From an uncultured Planctomycetia bacterium (lineage in GTDB: Bacteria; Omnitrophota; Gorgyraeia; Tantalellales; Tantalellaceae): DNA of 64,000 bases. Where the stretch lies: NCBI GenBank assembly GCA_964572255.1, contig CAZNEE010000001.1, positions 2,223-66,222 of the forward strand, given 5' to 3'. The notes beneath the pieces were generated by a model. The model made no database searches. It was not told the DNA's origin and was given only the letters and a program-made list of their open reading frames with translations. The translations under genes and the position numbers were made by a program. Below, piece by piece: positions 59,901 to 64,000 of the stretch. Within the stretch, counting starts at the first letter, position 1; every line of letters begins with the position of its first letter.

Positions 59901-62900
59901 CACCTTAAGAACCCTGAAAGTATTATTTTCATCGCAAAAGATGCAAAAACAGAAAAAGTCGTAGGATGTTTCTTTGGTGTGCCTCAGATATATGTCCCGG
60001 GGACCGTATATTTAGAAAGGCCTGATACAGTCAGGATCAAGAACCAGACGTTTTATGAAGTGTCAGGACAGGTGCTTCCGAATTACCAGGGTAAAGGGAT
60101 AGGCACTGCCTTAAGGCGGGAATTAAGGGACGAAGTTAGATATACAGGCAGATTCCAATACATCGCCTGTCATCAGTACAAGTCATTCGATGAGCTTAAG
60201 CTGATAAAAGAGCTTAAAAAATACGGCCAGGGCGATAAGTTGCACATAGCCATAAATACCAGCCCCCAATATATCGTAATAAAGCTTAACCCTGCGGATA
60301 AAGACAACAAACCTGCACCGACCTTAAAAAAGAAAATCCGTCGTTTTCTGGTCATTTTAGTGATGTTCTTTACGCTTGGCTATTATGCGCTTACCAGCGG
60401 GATATTATCTAATGTTAACGGTTCGAGGCAGGTTGTTCATATTTTAAAAGCGGCTGTCACCTGGGTTCTTCCTTCCGGTGATGAAAATCCGCAGGAGAGA
60501 GAAAATATTGATGGCAACATGATCGAGGAGTCAGAAGCTAGTGTTACCGCAGAACCTATCATTGCCCACAAAGAAGAGTATGGTATTGAAGTTGGAGAAG
60601 AAAAGGAAGCAGGCGGTAAAGATGCAGGCAAGACCGCCGGGCTTAAGAAACACACATTGAAGAAAATGTTCAAAACTGTCTTGCGCAAAAGCCTATCAGC
60701 CTTAAAATGGCTGGCCTGTGTAGTTTTGATAGGAAGCACGCCCAAAGATGAGATGCTTTTTAATCCGTCGGAAGAGACATACGATATATGGCGTGAAAAT
60801 GAAGCAGATCCTTCTCTTTTGAAGCAAAAATCTTCGGAAGTCGATGATAGGTTGACTCTTGCCCCGCTTTTACAGAAAAAAACGGCAGCAGACCTCAGGA
60901 AAGAAATCCATAAAAAATTGGTAAGAAAACGATTTCCTTCTAGAATTATTAATTGGATCTTTCCCTACGCAAAGAAACAGTTTTCAGAAAAATTATACAG
61001 ATCATTAAATAGCTTAAAAGATGCCCATGTTTATAAAATTCATCTTTTGTTGGAGTTTTTAAGTAAAGAGGAAAACGTAAGATCGATCCTGGCGGAATTA
61101 AAGCAAGCCGCAAAAGATGAAAAAGAGGCAGGAGGAGTTTTCAGGTTTACGGACGGAAAAGTAGAATTTTGCCCGTATCCGGCATCCAAATATTTGGGCA
61201 ACAAATATCACATGGTCGGAATAAAAGATTTTGATTACAAGGATCTGTTGTTCGGGTTTCATTCACATCCTCCTGCAGCTTTTGGCTGGGGGCCCAGCCA
61301 AGCCGATGTTGATATGTCTTTTATTTCAGACACATCACAAATCCTGTTTTATACCGACGGACTATCTTCCGGCCGGTTCAGTGTGATATTTTTCCAGGCA
61401 TATAACATAGATGGAGAATTTTCCGACTACATAAACATCCATTTAGGCAACTATTCATATTCAAGAAAGCCCGATTCTTTGTCAGAAGAAACGATAGCTT
61501 TTCTTGATTCTTTTCCTAGAAGAGGGAAGCCTCTCACCCCCAGTTCCAATATAGGCAATCTTGCCCGCATGGTAAGCAAAAAAGGCAGTATCGCAACCAT
61601 AGAAAATTCAGAAGGAGAATTGCACGAAGTTAAGCTGGAGTATCATGGCAAGTTGAACGTAAAACGCATTAAGAGAGAGTTTGATTTTGCAGATTATGTA
61701 TGGGGCGGAAAGAAAGAACTTCTTTTTATGTTCCTGGATCTGGTCGAACCTCTGAAACCAAGCATATATTATTTTGATGGCAGTGCAGAGAAAATCGAAG
61801 ACCTTTCGGCTTTTTCATCTTTTGAGTACGGTCTTTTAGCTTTTCATCCGAATTTGGCATCTAATTTACTTGCTCAATTGCATGAAATAGGGCATTACCT
61901 GATAGATTACAGGGAAGGCAATGCGAAGAAGGGACTGTTGGACCTTAAATATAAGAGAACGGACGAAGAGGAATTTATTATAGTCAGGGCGAGAGAGACT
62001 GTTTCAGATAAATTGAAAGTGATAAGAAAGATACATCTTTCCCCGGATACTTCATGGTATATCCAAAATGAAGATTGGCCGGAGGGGTGGGAAGAAGATC
62101 CCCATTATCTTTTAAGGGTACTTTTCAGGGAGATCTTTGATGAGGTCGATCAAGACCTGACCGAGGACATAAAGTACTTGTTACAGGCAAGAAAGATAAA
62201 CTCTGAAACCGGTAATAAAAAAGGAACTTCCGGCAAAACCACTTTACGCATGGGCGGCATGGGCATAGCAGCGCCTTTTGCGGCGCATTTGGCCGGGCTG
62301 ATCTCGCTTCCTGTGGCTTTTCAGCTCATATTCGCAATTACAATAATATCCCTTGTTTCGATGATACTCAGTCAGATGACCGCTTTTGATGATTCTAAGC
62401 TTTGTGATGTAAATGACGAGGCACGGGAAAACCGGAAAAAAGAATATATATCCAAAAAAGCCATCAATGAACTTAAAGCGAATTATGGGCTCCTGCCCAA
62501 AGAGCACAAGTTATCACAATATATCAAGGATCTCTTAAGGGAAATTTACCCCGAACTCAGTGACGAAGAACTGCCAAAAGTAGAGGTACTTGCGTCCAGA
62601 GGTTACGGTGTAAATGCCATGGTTTTCCCGAATAATACCATCGTTATTACTCCGGAACTTCTCGAGTTCGCCGAATACAAGGAAGAGCTGATCCATATCC
62701 TTTTTCATGAGATCGTGCATATGGACAGGGAACATTTTAAGCGTGACAAAAATGCCGGATCGATCCGGGAACTCCTTGGACTAATGAGATACGATGAGTA
62801 CGAGGCTGACATGGCGGCTTTTCGCATGCTCCAGGACAAGGGCTTTAATCCTCAAGGCGCCATATCCATGATGAAAAAGTTTAGAGATGCTTTCGGTAAA

Positions 62901-64000
62901 TATAGATTAGAGAGGGAGCTTAATGTCGTACACGGGGAAGAAACAGACCGTCTTCTTAACATGGAAAGCCTTACGTATCTGGAAGATTATAAGGACCTTT
63001 CATTTTCATTGACACCGCTTCCGAAAGAAGTTTGGAAAGGCGCCTCTAGAGATGGTTTTATAAGAAGCGGGAACAGAAGGGATCTTATATTGAATGATTC
63101 GTACCCGATAGAAGATCGCATGAGGTTGATATTCCAGGCAGATCAGTATCTCCTGCAGGAGATTCTGGGAGAGCTTTGCGGCAAGATAATATTAAGCGAG
63201 AGTGAGCTCCGCAAGCTCGGCAGGGACGAAGATGACATGACTTCTGCAATAGCGGTGCAATTATCGGAACAAAGGATGCTTCTTAAGAAAGCGATCGAAC
63301 GGCTAAAAGAGATATTAGAGGAGAAGACCAGCGGAGAAAATGCGAAAGTTTTAAACTTTACCATTGTGAGCTTGATCTTCGGAGTCCCTTTTGACGTTTC
63401 CCCCGAAACATTAAGAAGCGGATATTTCCGGGATATCAAGGGGGATTTCTATGAACAATTAGACAGTGACCCGGAGGCCGTAATAGAGTCGATCGAAAGA
63501 TTGCTTACAAACGGCGTGATGGAGAAATTAGATCTTGTAATAGACGGTAATACGCTCAGCAGTTTTTTAATAGGATTATCTCAAGCGGCGGCGGAAAGAG
63601 GCTTGTACGATAAAGACGAAGGCTTTGATTTTAAAATGTACCTTAAAAATTCATTCAGGCTTCTTGAGGGCGGAGCTTTTTATGCCGGAAGAGAGGGCAT
63701 GGGAGACTGTGGCTGCAGCTGCTGCGGCGGTGTATTTAATAAATCTGTAATATGGACACGCATTGTCTTTAGAGGGCTATGGGAGATCTTCGACCTGGGA
63801 CAGGTTGAAGAGGGCATATTTGAGGAGGACAATTTATTTCATTATTTTAAGGAGGTAAATGAGTATAAAGGTTCTGCACAGGTAAATCGTGAATTACTGA
63901 CATCTTTTGCCTCCTCCAGCAGGGAAGTTGATATTAAAAAAATGGATTCTGAGATCAAAAGAGTCGGGCTATTCAGGAAAGACATCGAGGAAGAAAACGA
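56994..64000 (+). CDS. Giant multidomain membrane protein (3' partial; at least 2335 codons, continues beyond window) - not in supplied ORF track
   Basis: Manual translation from ATG 56994 (in-frame TAA at 56976-56978 upstream) reaches window end with no stop; contains TM segments, TraB/Tiki/ChaN-like motifs, GNAT-like 'QGKGIGTAL', JAMM-like 'HSHP..S..D', 'HEIGH', M48-type 'HEIVH...EYEAD', Cys cluster 'GDCGCSCCGG'. Confidence 0.8.
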   Translation, partial: MINAWQKDNSSIVSKKTLIRVVALITLVAFVLTMDGGILTDIAHASNLPSNSANSFNARLIKLPEYLGHIKESHNTFSERIVIHIQDAHCNYAAQKKIADIIRYLNDTYAIDTANLEGGKGNYDLSPFSGISDKAVREKISDHFVKEGLINGAEYFAINSPNQVKLWGIEDEGLYVRNLNVYRDAIKHKKEADKYINELGQALTGLKRHIYSEELLKLDGVYSEFKEQEIELRDYLAYLFNKADERSIDIKAFPNLYLLNQAIREERKIDFEKADKERTRLINRLENKLSRYDIEELLLKMVEFKEERITQDSFYRYLARKARLANISLEGSPELRKYIIYVSIYNSLDEITLYEEIEALEGKIQQSLCENETQLELYELSRNFALTKNILDFSITSNDYRYYKDNQKLFKVKNYISFIGKYSPRYKITAKVDNNLRDLDRYRDEAIKFYEYSFERDKAFIKNLKWSQAKDQGRQITILITGGFHSENLTGLLKEKGISFISIAPNFKCEEGYESPYFDLLSGGKGSLVKLIETSTSGLAMHSLLSEMEVIDIDKEGIKRAIEVLEALEKEGSITLPARYGSVTFSREAISDLSEEKKRMNGYTVYVTREDIQREGSSEGKEDKRALQAIEKDHIAKRIINRTFGNARAVSGLFHPLSLILLLTAPSLFVTKIAFWILISATSLFITKEILHYFGLLDRDKTKSPAWFDKLSFDFAKKGMVLGMVFLGFMAFYFIVSPGSIIPNYMTWSNLISGRNPIWDIIFTGGVFGLFILPLQLFVSGMSEGISGLFKEAITDRLPFREKKRSSWHSEEEAAYLLICYAPILEESARFINIWAYLYGALYVLGLSTQSSILFAIVASSLHFWATHCSHKSLATLLEGVFLGVLTVFINNPIVNYASHFWHNVFYGGASSALSRDGEEQGKPKSSPDETSVEVEKVQDPTADMIEAIIELHKANDQMERISEEELTQHLKNPESIIFIAKDAKTEKVVGCFFGVPQIYVPGTVYLERPDTVRIKNQTFYEVSGQVLPNYQGKGIGTALRRELRDEVRYTGRFQYIACHQYKSFDELKLIKELKKYGQGDKLHIAINTSPQYIVIKLNPADKDNKPAPTLKKKIRRFLVILVMFFTLGYYALTSGILSNVNGSRQVVHILKAAVTWVLPSGDENPQERENIDGNMIEESEASVTAEPIIAHKEEYGIEVGEEKEAGGKDAGKTAGLKKHTLKKMFKTVLRKSLSALKWLACVVLIGSTPKDEMLFNPSEETYDIWRENEADPSLLKQKSSEVDDRLTLAPLLQKKTAADLRKEIHKKLVRKRFPSRIINWIFPYAKKQFSEKLYRSLNSLKDAHVYKIHLLLEFLSKEENVRSILAELKQAAKDEKEAGGVFRFTDGKVEFCPYPASKYLGNKYHMVGIKDFDYKDLLFGFHSHPPAAFGWGPSQADVDMSFISDTSQILFYTDGLSSGRFSVIFFQAYNIDGEFSDYINIHLGNYSYSRKPDSLSEETIAFLDSFPRRGKPLTPSSNIGNLARMVSKKGSIATIENSEGELHEVKLEYHGKLNVKRIKREFDFADYVWGGKKELLFMFLDLVEPLKPSIYYFDGSAEKIEDLSAFSSFEYGLLAFHPNLASNLLAQLHEIGHYLIDYREGNAKKGLLDLKYKRTDEEEFIIVRARETVSDKLKVIRKIHLSPDTSWYIQNEDWPEGWEEDPHYLLRVLFREIFDEVDQDLTEDIKYLLQARKINSETGNKKGTSGKTTLRMGGMGIAAPFAAHLAGLISLPVAFQLIFAITIISLVSMILSQMTAFDDSKLCDVNDEARENRKKEYISKKAINELKANYGLLPKEHKLSQYIKDLLREIYPELSDEELPKVEVLASRGYGVNAMVFPNNTIVITPELLEFAEYKEELIHILFHEIVHMDREHFKRDKNAGSIRELLGLMRYDEYEADMAAFRMLQDKGFNPQGAISMMKKFRDAFGKYRLERELNVVHGEETDRLLNMESLTYLEDYKDLSFSLTPLPKEVWKGASRDGFIRSGNRRDLILNDSYPIEDRMRLIFQADQYLLQEILGELCGKIILSESELRKLGRDEDDMTSAIAVQLSEQRMLLKKAIERLKEILEEKTSGENAKVLNFTIVSLIFGVPFDVSPETLRSGYFRDIKGDFYEQLDSDPEAVIESIERLLTNGVMEKLDLVIDGNTLSSFLIGLSQAAAERGLYDKDEGFDFKMYLKNSFRLLEGGAFYAGREGMGDCGCSCCGGVFNKSVIWTRIVFRGLWEIFDLGQVEEGIFEEDNLFHYFKEVNEYKGSAQVNRELLTSFASSSREVDIKKMDSEIKRVGLFRKDIEEEN

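Noticed and set aside
1-64000. CRISPR arrays, transposases, integrases, prophage genes
   Set aside because: No regularly spaced direct repeats and no recombinase/transposase-like translations found on either strand. The only dispersed repeat is the palindromic element reported above, which has no coding capacity.

Overview
This window looks like an AT-rich bacterial chromosome segment. A giant gene plus PilZ and PEP-CTERM genes hint at Omnitrophota/PVC-type bacteria; this is inference only. It is mostly a plus-strand housekeeping block (1..51196): glgP(partial), a UvrD-like helicase, era, mgtE, purH, folC, mnmE, folE, accA, mlaEFD, gpmI, tRNA-Leu/tRNA-Ala, speH-speB-DHS-like, leuS, comEA/comEC, holA, murJ, uvrC, prfB (with its +1 frameshift), secA and lnt. 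A short minus-strand block (51204..56710) follows, then a plus-strand giant ORF that runs off the window end. I found no transposase, integrase, CRISPR array or rRNA. The most unusual items: (i) a giant ORF of at least 2335 codons (56994..64000+) that is missing from the supplied ORF track and encodes a mosaic of membrane, peptidase-like and acetyltransferase-like segments. (ii) Two paralogous promoter - structured leader RNA - intrinsic terminator - PEP-CTERM protein modules, one on each strand. Their leader aptamer resembles a c-di-GMP-I (GEMM) riboswitch and shows compensatory base changes between copies. (iii) A dispersed, about 75-110 nt, GC-rich palindromic intergenic repeat in three copies. 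(iv) A PilZ paralog pair plus competence and TPR/lipoprotein genes inserted into the conserved leuS-lptE-holA neighbourhood. (v) Tandem FecR-like paralogs and a split partner-switching set (RsbW-like, STAS, CHASE2-PP2C).
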